Shown: positions 23,978 to 36,709 of the stretch, piece after piece | How positions within the stretch are numbered: position 1 is the first letter of the stretch | Layout of the letters: the number at the start of each line of letters is the position of its first letter | NCBI RefSeq assembly: GCF_037042905.1 | Contig: NC_087245.1 | Coordinates: 2,358,001 to 2,422,000, forward strand | Source of the DNA: Lytechinus pictus | Lineage: Eukaryota | Direction of reading: 5' to 3' | DNA: 64,000 bases | Translations under genes and position numbers: made by a program | The notes under the pieces: generated by a model | What the model was told of the DNA's origin: nothing | The model's database searches: none | Seen by the model: the letters and a program-made list of their open reading frames with translations, nothing else

Positions 23978-26900
23978 CCCTTTGCGTGCAGGCCCGCGAA
24001 ACCGGATACCTCTCCCTGGGGCGGAGCCGTTTTTGTACATTGCTGGTATTTGGATTTGTGGCAGTGTTTTCCTAATCTATTGCTTATTGCGCCAAACTGA
24101 AGTATTTTCAGGATTTTTAGTAAATGTAAAGATGAAAGATCAGACATTTTTCTTTCTAGAATTAAAGGTCTCGCTTCTTAAATCAACAGAATAGTTAAGA
24201 AATTTACGAGGAAAGTCGTGTTATTTTGTCAAATCTTCGCTTTTTCCCAAGTCAATAGGCACTGTGTACAAAAATGCGTAAGGGCAATCAGCACGCGCGG
24301 ACAAGTCGGGTTCGATCGATACCGCTCTGTTGTCTGTTCTGGTGCTTTTTTTTCATTGCCTATTGTCACGCTACTCATGAATGGTCTCTTTACCCCCTTG
24401 TATTCAGATCATTTGCAAAGTGTATAATCACGACGATAATCCGTTTTGGGTGAAATCACAGCATACCAAATACCTTTATTTTCCAGAATGAATAAAAAAG
24501 GGTGAATATATTCCCTTGCAAGTACGATGATGATGCTGCGCAACGAAAGTCCGAAACTATTTTGTGATTTTTGGCTTCTGGGCTTCAGGACAGTGGCCTC
24601 AATGTTTCACTAAAAATCGCCTTTGGTTTCTTCTTTTCATGAATTATAGTTTGTAATAAAAAATAATTTTGTTCCTGAAGATTGCATACCAGTGTTCGAT
24701 TTGTTTTCCTGTTGTAATTTCAAAGAGCGAAGGGGGTAAATGTGACTCAAATCTGAAATCATACCTCCTAACGCTCTCCTCGTCTCGTTCTACGTTTCAT
24801 TTTTCTATCTCCCTTTTCCCTCCAAAATAACCATGCTACCGATTACTGTTCGTCACAATGAGAGAAAGTAAATTATTTTTATCTATCGAAATTGTAGCAT
24901 CTAAATTAAGTGTTTTATTTTGTTCTTTCATTTTATTCATTTTTTAACAATTCTGGATTTTTTCACAACCGAAAACAAAAGTAATTAATAAACCATGAAA
25001 GATTTGTATCCCGTTTTGTCTCTAGCTTTTTACTCATTCAATTAAATACAGATGCGTTGGAGTCGGTATGAGGTGTCAGTCCACCCACCCCCCCTCCATT
25101 CAGCAAACGTATACAAAAACGCGAAGTCCATAAATTTGTGATTTTTAGGGGCCGGATCACTCCCTCCCACATTCAGCTCAACCCCTCCATTATCAAAAAC
25201 GCTCAGCGGCCCCTGTTATTTATACATCTTTTTTCAAATATTTGGGTGTTGCTGCTCACCAGGGTAAGCGCCCCAATAGTATGTTTGCCATAAAAAAATA
25301 TAAGGTCAACCTGTCCTTTTTTTCTTTATATGGATCCTTTTCTGCTACGCTATTCACCAGAAAAACAAAAGACAAAAAAAAAGACAAAAAAAAACTGGCG
25401 AAAAAGTAGGGAAATTAATAACATTTTTAGGGGGGTAGGTGTAAGATTGAGAGGGGTTTGTCGGGACACTTCAAATAAACGTGTTTATCTATTTCCTCAA
25501 TTTCCGGCGAGGAAACTTTTAGTTCATTGTTAGATTTAGCGTTTGAACTGATTATACTTTTGTCGAATTTTCAGTGCAAAAATTTTCACATGGGAGAGAA
25601 AGAGAGAATGAGATGAAGAGCTTCCAAAACCTAACATGACAAATTCACTCTATAAGATGACGTGAATTACAAAGTAATTTACAAAGTAAATATTCATGCA
25701 ATAGCAAAAGCGCACATTATGGTTTACATTATACCTTTTTGGTCTATTTCCTCTTTTTTCCCTTCCATCCTTTATGTCGTTTTATCATTCTCCTATACAT
25801 GTATCTCGATTTGCATTTTCTATTCTTTTTTTAATCTCACTTGCATCTTCTTCCATCCCTATGTGTATCATCACCAAGGGAAAATTGTAATTTTTGTGAA
25901 GAAAGCACTGTCATGCTCAAGAAGAAAATGTTCTTGCCATGCCTTAAGCGCCTGCATGTTTTAAATGAGTAAACATTTATTTTTTTTAATGTTAATGTTG
26001 TAATATGAAAAGCAGTATTCCTAAGAGCTTTTTGTATGGCTAAATACGAGAAGCATTCAGTAGGTCATCCTGACGAAATACACTAATCTTCCTTTTATTC
26101 AGGGCGTTGGCTATTTTTCCGCTATTATTATAGGGAATTTGTTTGAGCGTCCGCCATGACTTTCTTTTGTTTGGGGAGTGCCGAGACCAAGAACTGCATG
26201 GACATTTTCATTTTCAAAAGAGCAGAGGATAAACGGTATTCTTAATTCCTTTATTTTCTGTTTGTTTCCTTTGAAATAGAAGACAAAAATAAGAGCAATA
26301 TCGGATGAGAGAACGCGAGAAAGCGGGGGGGGGGTTCAAAAGTTCACCAGGGGCCCGTTTTATATAAAATTTGTTTACAAATTTTCAATAACACTTGAAA
26401 GCTACTGAAATCCTTCTATTTGACTGGCGGATGGTAAATTTGTTTAAATTATTGGGCATTTTTCAATATAACATGTACATGTATAATGTATTTATAGAAC
26501 GGTACCAATTAGGGATTTCCTCGTTTTCCTTTTCTCTGGTTTCTAACCTGTAAATGAATGTATTATCTACCGCTTTCATTCCCTTATATCTATCGTCTTT
26601 CTATATATCCCCTCCCTTCTACACCTTTTTTTTCTCTGACTTCTTCTCATTTAAATTATATCTGTATCGTCTTCCTTCTTCCCGATTTGGATTACGAGGT
26701 ATATACCCGCCCCCATCCTCCTCAATCCTTTCTCTCTGATTTTTTTTCTCAGTACCTGTCAATTTACATTACATCTAACGTTCCCCCCTCTCTCTCTCTC
26801 TTAATCGGAAACGGTTCCCAGACCATGCCTCGTTTTTGCCAACTTGTATTGATCGGAGATGGTTGCATTTGTGGGCCTCTCGTCCTATTGCATCGTGGTC

Positions 26901-29900
26901 ATCATGTCGAAAATTGTGGGGGGTTTTCCCCCAGTTTCTCAAATAATATCCCGAAAAACCTTTTAAAAATACTATTGTAACTGTCATTTCACTATAAATT
27001 CTATATCATCTTCCATTTTCTATACTGATAACGTGGGTAGATATTTTTCGCAAAAGACAATATGATGATGATCATCATCATCATCCTATAAAAATGCACG
27101 ACTAAACTATTTTTGTAAACTTAGGGCTTAGGGTTTGGCAAGACAGAGGTCTCAATCTTTCACTAAAAGTAATTTTCATTTCTTAGATTTTTTCATAAAA
27201 TATATGTCTCATTTAATTCGATTTTCCACGCAGCTATTATAATAATAGAATAATTTTGTTCCTGAAGTTTGCGTATTCGATTTGAAATATCCTGAAATTA
27301 TTTCAAAGAGTTAAACGAATAAAAGTGACTAAAATTATAAGTCTGAAATCATACCTCCCAACTCTCTTCTTGTCATTTTCTACGTTTCTTTCTTTATCTT
27401 ACTATTCCCTCGAAAAGAGACAAGCAATTACTGAAAGTAAGAGAAAGTATTTTTCTGAATAAATTATAGCATCCGCAATCATGAGTGTTTTTTTTTTAAA
27501 TTTTGTTCTTTCGTTTTGTTCGATTCTCTCCTTCGTTTTGTTTTATTGTCTCCTTGATTTCACAACCTAAAATAAATCATTAAAAAAAACATTCACAATA
27601 GTTAGAATTCACTTTTGTCTCTATATGTCGTTTTAATCGTTCAATCTAATAGTACAGAGGCGGCGGAGTTGGTAAAAAGTTTCAGTCCTCACCCCTTTCA
27701 GCAAACATGTACAAAAATCCGAAGTCTATATAAATTTGTGATTTTGGGGGGGGGGCTGGTCCACTCCCTCCCACATTCAGCTCAACCCCTCCATTATCAA
27801 AAACGTTCAGTAGCCCCTGTTTTTTATTTTTTTTAAAATCAGATATTTTGGTTTTGATGCTAACCAGGGTAAGTGCCCCAAATGTTTGTTTGCAGTAACA
27901 GAAACAGTTTTTTTCCTCTATGAATCTTTTCTACCACGCTATTCGCCGGTAAAAAAAAAGAAGAAGAAAGAAATTGGCGAAAAAGTAGGAAAATCAATAA
28001 AATTTGGGTCGGTATCAACATTTTTTTTGGGGGGGGGGTGTAGGTCACACATTAATAAAAAATTGTAGGATTGAGAGGGTTCTATCGGGTGACACGCCAG
28101 ACAAACGTGTTTTCTTTATAAGGGTGCCTTAGTGTAATTTCTCATCCTGTATCATTCTATTTCCTCCATTTTGTGCGAGGAAACTTTTAGTTCATTATTG
28201 GTTTTATCATTTGAAGTGATTATGTTTCCGTCAACTTTTCAATGCAAAAGTTTTCATCTGGGAGAGAAAAGGAAATAAGATAAAGAGCTTCTAAAACCTA
28301 ACCTATTATAAATTTTATAAATTCATTCTATAAAATGACATGAATTAACAAATTGTGATTTTTTTTAAGCCGCTTCACCCCGTCCCACAGCTCAACCCCT
28401 GCACCATCAAAAAACATTGCTGTCCCTGTATAACATCTTTTTCCAAACATTTTGGTTTAGATGCTAACCATGGTAAGCGCCCCAAATGCAATTTTTTTTT
28501 TTTTGGTCGTAACAGGGAAAAAAAGTGGCCAGGGCGGTCTTTATTCTTATCTTTTCTACCGCGTTACACGCAATTAAAAAAAACAGCAAATCGGAGAGAG
28601 GAGACAAACAAGCAATAGTAGAGTGTAGGTCAGAACATTTCCACCCCGGGGGGGGGGGGGGGGGGGCAAGGTCAACAAGAACAATGATAAAAAGTCATCA
28701 GTTTGGCAAGGGTCTGGGGACCGAGTTGCAACAAACAAACGTTGTGGGATTTTTTTTAAAGTAATCTAACCAAAAAATAAAGTCATGTTGTTATTCGTTT
28801 AGGTAGATATTCATGGAATTTTAGCAAAAGCGCACTTGTCTATTCCCCCTTTTATCTCTGTCTCTCATTCTCTCTCGTTCTCCGTGACATTTGAACATAT
28901 TTTTTTTTTCTATAATTCCCTAAATAATTCTTCGTTCATCCTTATATGCATCATCACCCAGTGGAAGCGCTTTTATGCAATTTGAATCACTGACGGATGT
29001 CATAAGCACCTGTGTTGTCGGTAATGAGACATCTTTTTTTTTTTTTAGATACGGTATGTTGGTCGAAAAAAAGGATTCATAAAAGCGTTCAATCCTGCCA
29101 ATAAACACTTATCTTCCTTTTGTTCGGGGCGTTGACCATCTGTATCCTGCTCTTTTCGGAAGGAATTTGTTTGAGTGGACGCCTAGACATTCTTTTGTTC
29201 GGGTAGTGCTGATATCATGAACTACATGGACGTTTCCCTTTTGAAAAGAGCAGAAGATGAATGGTGTGCTAAACTGCTTTCTTTTTTTTTTTTTCAGAAT
29301 AGTAGACAAAAATAATGAGAAGAGGGATGATGGGGAGGGAAAAAGTTCAAAAGTGCACCGAGATCAGCTCAAAGTACTAAGATATTACAAGATTTTTGTT
29401 TTTCTGAAAATGCAGTCGATCGATGAAACCAAGGAGATATCATTCTATCTAAAATGATATCTTCTTGATTAAACAAATAAGACGAAAATGGTGAATAAAC
29501 GCGTGACGACCTTCCAGAAAAGATTTTAGCGTATATCTATCAGAACGATATGGATCAAATCACGTGATCAGAACAAATCACGTGATCAGGCCTTATGCGC
29601 GCACGTACGTGCTCGTCACAAAATTTATCCTCCCCGTCAGACTCCGACGAAAAAATCGGGTAAAGTTGAAATGATTTCCTATTTTCGGGATTTTTCCCCA
29701 CGTACAGTAGCTGTATATTTTTTTCAATCTGTTATCGAAATAGGTTTACAAAGGAAATAGTGGCAGAGGTTTTAGTACATAACAATTACGAAAAAGCTGA
29801 AAAACTTCATTGAATTAAACCAAACATTTCTCGGCTTCTGTAGAAGCCCGTCGTAGCTAAGTGAACGACTCGCTGGGCTTCTGTGGAAGCCCGTCGCACG

Positions 29901-29907
29901 CAAAGGG
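23978..29907. mobile_element. Non-autonomous piggyBac element, 5.9 kb
   Basis: TTAA|CCCTTTGCGTGC ... GCACGCAAAGGG|TTAA. Palindromic subterminal repeats GGCTTCTGT(A/G)GAAGCCCGTCG x2 at the right end. Removal restores the host repeat. Confidence 0.9.
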
Positions 29908-30190
29908 TTAAAGATACTTGATTGTTTGTTTCATCAACTAGATCCATAAAATTTCAAAGTTATGACAATTCCTCAAATAACCCTAACATGGCCAAAGTTT
30001 GTTAACAGTAAGTGACCTTTGACCTTAATCATGTGACCTGAAACTCAGGCAGGATCTTCAGTGATACACTATTACCCTTAAGTCTACGTTTTATGAATTA
30101 GGTCCACATACTTTCAAAGTTATGACAACATTTCAAAAAACTTAACCTTGATTAAGATTTTGATATTGATTCCCCCTACATGGTCTAAGT

Positions 30191-31285
30191 CAGCGCTTCT
30201 CAATCGGTGGGCCGCGAAGCTCTCTCAGGTGGGCCGCGAGAAGCTCAAGAGAAGAAAAAAAATAGGGGGAAAATTATGGTACATTTCATGTTCTATTTAA
30301 TATCCGAAAATGGTATGTTTGATTGGTCTCCGTGTGTTAAACAAAGCTAAAGGCACGCCTACAGGTAGCATGTTGTGATACACAGTACATACACATTGTA
30401 TAATGGTTTCGATCTAACTTTGATGTGAACCTCAGGCCTCATTTGCATGTATATTGTGTATGTACTATCGCCCATTCACCGGACCTTTGCAAATGCATTT
30501 ATTTCTCAAACTGATTGCTTCGAATGTGCTTAAGAGCTTTCTGTTCAAATTTCACGAAACATACTTTCATAAAAATGAACCGTGTTTTAAAGCGGAATGG
30601 TGAGGGAGGAAACAAATCTACTGTTGAAAAGTCTCAGGAGGTAACTGTAAGAAAATATGACCCTGAATACATTAAATTTGGATTTATCATAACTGCGCAG
30701 TGATGCAAAACCTAAAGCAATGTGTGTCAAATGTGCTGAAGTTATTGCCGAAATAGACGCATAAACCGTCAGAGCTTCAGAGACACCTAAACATAAAACA
30801 TCCCAAGAGTGCAGGAAAGCCAAAAGAGTGTTTCGAGATGAAAAAGACTGGATTTAAATTCACAGCAGAACACTTGCGTACAGATGGGGGGGGGGGGCTC
30901 TTGGTCCCAAATATTTCATGACCAAGAAAAAAAAGAGAAAAGGAAAGAAAAGAAAAGGGATAAGGGTGAAATATGATATTATTTTTTTAATATTGTGTCA
31001 AAATCTATCACAAACTTGGATTTTTGTAATGAAAATGTCGAAATTTTTGCTTGCTTGCCATGCTCGCTCGCAACATTTTATCAATTGTACACAATACGCC
31101 ATATCAAGCCTACTCAATTTTTTGGCTCATTACTGCAGCAGAAGATCATGAAGATATGCACTAATATGCTCTTTATAATTGTCGAGACAATTAGTCATAT
31201 CCTTTCTTTAAGTTTGCTAGGTGGGCCTCGAAAAAAATCTGAGAGTCAAAGTGGTCCTTGAGTAAAAAAAGGTTGAGAGGCACTG
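30191..31285 (+). mobile_element. Internally deleted hAT (Buster/Charlie) element
   Basis: TIR CAGCGCTTCTCAA / TTGAGAGGCACTG; perfect 8-bp TSD GTCTAAGT; carries a transposase remnant. Confidence 0.92.
30575..30870 (+). pseudogene. Frameshifted N-terminus of a Buster/Charlie hAT transposase (BED-type zinc finger)
   Basis: RKYDPEYIKFGF / KPKAMCVKCAEVI / KPSELQRHLNIKHPKSAGKPKECFE across two frameshifts matches the RKY..Y..GF-CxxC-KPS.L.RHL..KH pattern of Buster/ZBED5-like proteins. Confidence 0.85.
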
Positions 31286-31572
31286 GTCTAAGTTCATTGA
31301 CCTAAATGACCTTTGACCTTAGTCATGTGACCCAAAACCCAGGCAGGATATTCAGTAATACTTGATTAGCGTTATGTTCAAGTTTCATGAACTAGGTCCA
31401 TATACGGTCTAAGTTATGACATTTCAAAAACTTAACCTTCCTTTAAAATTTGATGTTGACGCCGCCATCGGAAAAGTGGCGCCTATAGTCTCACTCTGCT
31501 ATGCAGGTGAGACAAAAATAAAAAAAGAGTGGAACTTTAAAACATGTCTGGGCTGATGAGGATTGAAAATAT

Positions 31573-32528
31573 AAACAAGTGGAATGCCTCTGGCCGTCTC
31601 ACCTGCATCACGCGATTCAATATAGCAGCAGTGCTGATTTTGAAAACTACTATAACTCGCACAAGATGTTCAGTGATACTTGGTTACTCATATGTCCACG
31701 TTTTATGAACTAGACCAATACACTTATAGAGATATGATGGCAATTCAACAAATACCCCCAACGTGGCCAAAGTTCTTTGACCTTACATGACCTTTGACCT
31801 TGATCATGTGACCTGAAACTCGCACAGGATGTTCAGTGATACTTGATTACTATTATGTCCAAGTTTTATGAACTAGACCAACACACTTTCAAATTTATGG
31901 CTGTAATTCAACAAATACCCCAATTTGGCCAAAGTTCATTGACCTTAAATGACCTTTGACCTTGATCATGTGACCTGAAACTTGCACAGGATGTTCAGTA
32001 ATACTTGATTACTATTATGTCCAAGTTTCATGAATCAGATCCATAAACTTTCAAAGTTATGATGGTAATTCAACAGATACCCCCAATTCGGCCAAAGTTC
32101 ATTGACCCTAAATGACCTTTGACCTTGGTCATGTGACGTGAAACTCATGCAGGATGTTCAGTGATACTTGATTAACCTTATGTATAAGTTTCATGAACTA
32201 GGTCCATATATTTTCTAAGTTATGATGACATTTCAAAAACTTAACCTTAGGTTAAGATTTTGATGTTGATTCCCCCAACATGGTCTAAGTTCATTGACCC
32301 TAAATGACCTTTGACCTTGGTCATGTGACATGAAACTCAGGCAGGATGTTCAGTAATACTTGATTAACCTTATGGCCAAGTTTCATGAACTAGGTCCATA
32401 TACTTTCTAAGTTATGCTGTCATTTCAAAAACTTAACCTCAGGTTAAGATTTGGTGTTGACGTCGCCGTCGCCGCCGTCGGAAAAGCGGCGCCTATAGTC
32501 TCACTCTGCTATGCAGGTGAGACAAAAA
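31573..32528 (+). mobile_element. Tsp/DINE-like family C copy 4, uninterrupted
   Basis: Complete head, array, (GCC)n tract and hairpin tail; very similar to 7020-7970. Confidence 0.9.
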
Positions 32529-32691
32529 CGGGAAGAAAGGTGGATGGCGTCTATTTTAAGCTTGCTAAATTTTTGCAATAATGATCACAATCGGGACAAG
32601 AAAATCCTAAGTCAAGGGTTAGCCAAGGGCTAGTTATATCCCCCTATATTATGTCTTTCTCTGGCTAGATTTACGGTAAAGAGCCTCTTAA

Positions 32692-34262
32692 GGATGTTCC
32701 ACAGTTAAAATGAAGTCCATGCCATTTTCACCAAATTTTGCAGAGAGTTACTTTGGTATAAATGAAAAAGCAAAAAATGACATAGGTTCATGTGCTTTTT
32801 TTTTCTACGGGTCTTCAAAGTCGCCGTATTTGAATGATATGCAACCTTGCGCAATCAAGAGAATTATGCCTCTCTTATACCTCACAAATTTACCGAATGA
32901 GTTTAAATCACCTTTACTCAGTGGATACCGCATTAAACTTCATCAAATTTTCAAGATATATAACAAAGTGTATACCAAAGTAAGAGAAAGTTTTTTAATT
33001 AGTAAAACTATATCTATTTGGAGACAGCAGCGCCCTCATTTGGCAAGAATGGTGCAAAAACTCTGAAAAAAATCTTCAAAGAAGTGAATTCAAGTTGGCT
33101 TGAAACAGTCTATAATGCGCCTAAAACGGGCAAAAGTCTAATATCGTCCAAAATGACTAAAAATACGAATGGTTCCTTAGTCCTGCTCCCAAACATTCAA
33201 TATCCATGTCATTTTCATCATACTCTCTAGATTTGTATAGGTATATATTCTGAAGAAGTTTAAGAAGACATTTAAACTATGGGGTCCATGTGCTCGTTTT
33301 AAAAATGCGCTGAAAATAAGCATGCGAGTGGTTCCAAATATTGAAAATCCATGTCGTTTTCATCATACTTTGCACATAGATACTTCAGCACCTGAATATT
33401 CCAAATATGCAAAAATTAACATGGGTCCATGTGCTTGATTTTTTCGCTATAGAGCTTAAAAGTTAACCCAAAATGGATGATGTTCTTAAGAATTGCACAT
33501 CCAAAAGAATTTGGCATTTGTAGACCTCATGAGATCACAACATTGAGATTAAAGCCCTATTACTCAGTCAAAATCCATGAAAATTTCATCAAATTTTGGC
33601 AATATGATTAATAATTGTATCCGTGAGATGAATAATCTATCTATATTGCTGTCAACTGTTTGCTCATTTAAGTCTATCAACACTCAGTTCTTAGAAATTG
33701 GGAGAAAGATACTTAACCTCAAAAATTTCAAATTTCAATAAAAAACTTGAGAAGTAAACAAATACTGCACTTTGTCATTTTTACCAAACTTTGCAAAGTT
33801 GTAGAGGAGTGTATACCCAAGAAGTGCAAACATTAAAAATATGGGTTCACGTGCTTGTTTTCAAACTATCAGCACTCTTATTAGAGCAAATTTGCTTCTT
33901 AAAACACCAGAAAACGCGCCAAAAGCAGCATCTATGCATGTGAGGAAAAATTCCGAACCACTTTTTCATTTATTCATACTCGGGTCATATTCATCATACT
34001 TTGCAGCGCTGCAGAGATACTATTTTGAAATTGTAGAGGAATAAAAAAAGTGGTCCATGGAATATTTCCAGTTTATTAGCTTCATAAAATAACACATCAG
34101 ATCTGCAGTTAGTGCAGAACTGATTTATAAGGAGAAAAATCAGCTCACATTACCTGCAGCTGATTCCTGATTAAATCACAAGTTCATCCATTGTGACGTC
34201 TGTGCGCAGAGTGTAAAATATGCGCAGACCATGATGCGCACAAACATAACTGTGGAACGTCC
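32692..34262 (+). mobile_element. Kolobok-like non-autonomous element family E, complete
   Basis: TTAA TSD; TIR GGA(T/C)GTTCCACAGTTA; internal repeated modules (TCCATGTCATTTTCATCA, ATGGGTCCATGTGCT). Confidence 0.88.
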
Positions 34263-34389
34263 TTAATGTTTACTCAAGCTAAATTTCCAAAGCTACTGTC
34301 ACATAATTAGAATTTAATTTCCAAATCATCTTAAGAGGCAAAATTTTTATGGCTCAACTCGCTTGCTAGCGGCTAGCTTTTACGATGGC

Positions 34390-35690
34390 GAGTCCCCTGG
34401 AACTTGCAAAGTCATGAAAGTTGAGGGTGTTGTCATAAATCAATGATCAACATTATTAATTTAGGTTCTTAGAGCTAATTTCAAGAATTATCAAATCTAA
34501 ATTTAATGTATGAGTGAACATGAATGACATTTTTGTGTGTGTATCATTTTGACTTTTTCACATGGATCTCAGCAATGTGTTAATGGGAGTAAGAATAGGG
34601 ATGAGATAGGACTTAGGTGGGTAAGTAGGTTGATGGGATAAGTGTCAACAGAACACTTAGTCACCCCCTCTCTCTTTCTCTCTCTCTACCCCTTCCTCCC
34701 ATCCTGAGAGACTAGCCTTTGCTAGGGTGAGCAGGAATTAGCCTTCCAGTTTTGTTTATAGGTGAGTCCTTTGGAACTTGCAAAGTTAAAGGTGTCATGC
34801 TAAATTATTGATGAGATCAGTTATGGTTTCTTAGGCTAATTTCATGAGTTACTAAATTGAAATGCAGTGCATGAGTAAACAGGAATTGTAATTTTAGTGT
34901 AGCATTTTAAGTTTATTATGTGGATCTTAGCAAGTGTGCTTGTGAGAGTCAGAGTAATGTGATGGTACCTTGTGCATGCAAGGGGGTCAGATAGGGTAAG
35001 ACTGGGTTAAACAGTTATAAGGGCATTCTTCTTTGTGTTCTCTTACATATTCCCTCCACTTCACCCCCTCTCTCTTTCTCCTGGATCATGGTATTCAAAA
35101 CTTAAATGCCAAGTGACTGATGGTTGATGGGTCTTTTTTCCATTGAATGATTCTAAGGAATTGGCTAATTATGATGATTTATGATTTCATTGAAAAAGCT
35201 GAATAATTGATTGATAATTCATTGAAAAATCTGAATGTTTAATTGATCACATTGATTGAGTTGATTTACAAATTGTTGATTGAATGGCAAAAGTTGATGA
35301 CCGAATTCTAAAAATTTATCAGATTGACAGTCCGCTCTGGACTTTATGCGTACATGTAACAGCATTCAGTCTCGACCTAAGGGAGGCTGAAAATTATGTT
35401 GATCTTTTTCCCATCAGTTTACTTCATCTACTTAAGTCCTATCTCACCCCTATTCTCCTTACTTCAATGAACACACTGCTGAGATCCACATGATAAAAAG
35501 TTAAAATGCTGCACTAAAGATTACAATTGACACTCACTCATGCATGAAATTTCAATTTAGTAATTCATGAAATTTGCTCTAACAATTTAAATTGATCATT
35601 AATTTATCACAACACCCTCAACTTTGCAAGTTACAAGAGACTCGCCTCTCAAAAACTGAAAGAAATTGGAAGGCTTATTCCTGCCCACAA
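34390..35690. repeat. Two direct and one inverted copy of a ~250-bp unit
   Basis: GAGTCC..GGAACTTGCAAAGT...GGATCT at ~34390 and ~34763; reverse complement at ~35420-35690. Confidence 0.75.
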
Positions 35691-36709
35691 GAATTTTCAT
35701 ACCCTTTCTTTAAGTGGGTAGTGCTCACTCAAGCATGAATAGTTTTCCAACTTTTTGGTGTCATTTGAAAGTTTACTTTATTGGCTTTCCATATATATAT
35801 AAGTATTTTTCTCCAAATGACATATCTTTTGTTTGGCAGCCTTTTCAAAAGTGTATAATTTTTTTGAGATGCATTGTACTATGCTTAAACATATAACAAA
35901 GTTCCGGGGGTTCCGCCCCATATCAGTGGCGGCACCAAGGGGGAGAGTTGGCTTCCCGAAATTTTGAAAAATAAAAAGAATGTATAATAAATTTTGTCAT
36001 AAGCATCCTACTAAAGCTGCAAAGTGCTCCAAACAGCTTTTTTGTTCTTTAAATTTTGAAAATGTTCTCATAGGACATTTACTTTTAGCTCCCAACGATT
36101 TCTGTCACTAACCTTTCATGTCGTAGCTAGCGCCACATGCTTGCAGTAACTGTTGGCTGAGATAAGCAAATTATCTGTTAACATGAGCCTTAAATATCCA
36201 GTGTTCAAGTCAATATGCTTCTTGCAATTAGAGTTTTCATTATTTGTTTTAGCGAGATACATCCCTTTGATGACTTTTTCAGACCTAATTTTCAGTTCTC
36301 TAGATACTCAGAATGAAACAATTGTCCAGCGCGAGCTCTGCTTGCGAGAGCTGCACGCATGGCTTCAAAACTCCCTCCGCAAGCACCTACATGCACAACG
36401 CACTGTACCTACTGCATCGCGATCCCGTTCCATAGACTGTTTTTCACACCGCCCAGTATATATTAAGTTCTCAAGACCCTGTATTTTACCCTTGTGGTCA
36501 GTTCCTCCCATCAAAAAATAATTTGAGTGCCCCCCCCCCTTAAGCTAGTCCTTAATAGGCCTCTTTTTAAAGTCAGTATGGTCTAGCTCAATTTTGAGAG
36601 ATCTGTTGCAAAATATTTGTTCCCCTCCCATTTTTGCCTTCCCCTAGCTAGGTTAAAAATCGTGGTGCCCCCCCTTTCCTCGTACCAGACGATCCACATA
36701 GCACTAGCC

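Larger units (their letters stand above)
21170..31518 (+). mobile_element. Tsp/DINE-like family C copy 3, expanded to ~10.3 kb by three nested insertions
   Basis: Head at 21170; host segments at 23742-23977, 29908-30190 and 31286-31518 rejoin into the family array and tail. Confidence 0.85.

Noticed and set aside
26775..26987. piggyBac transposase or THAP remnant
   Set aside because: No DDD, cysteine-rich or THAP motifs beyond a chance PTIF.
32710..33230. Coding ORFs inside family E
   Set aside because: No recognisable domain; the region consists of repeated internal modules of a non-autonomous element.
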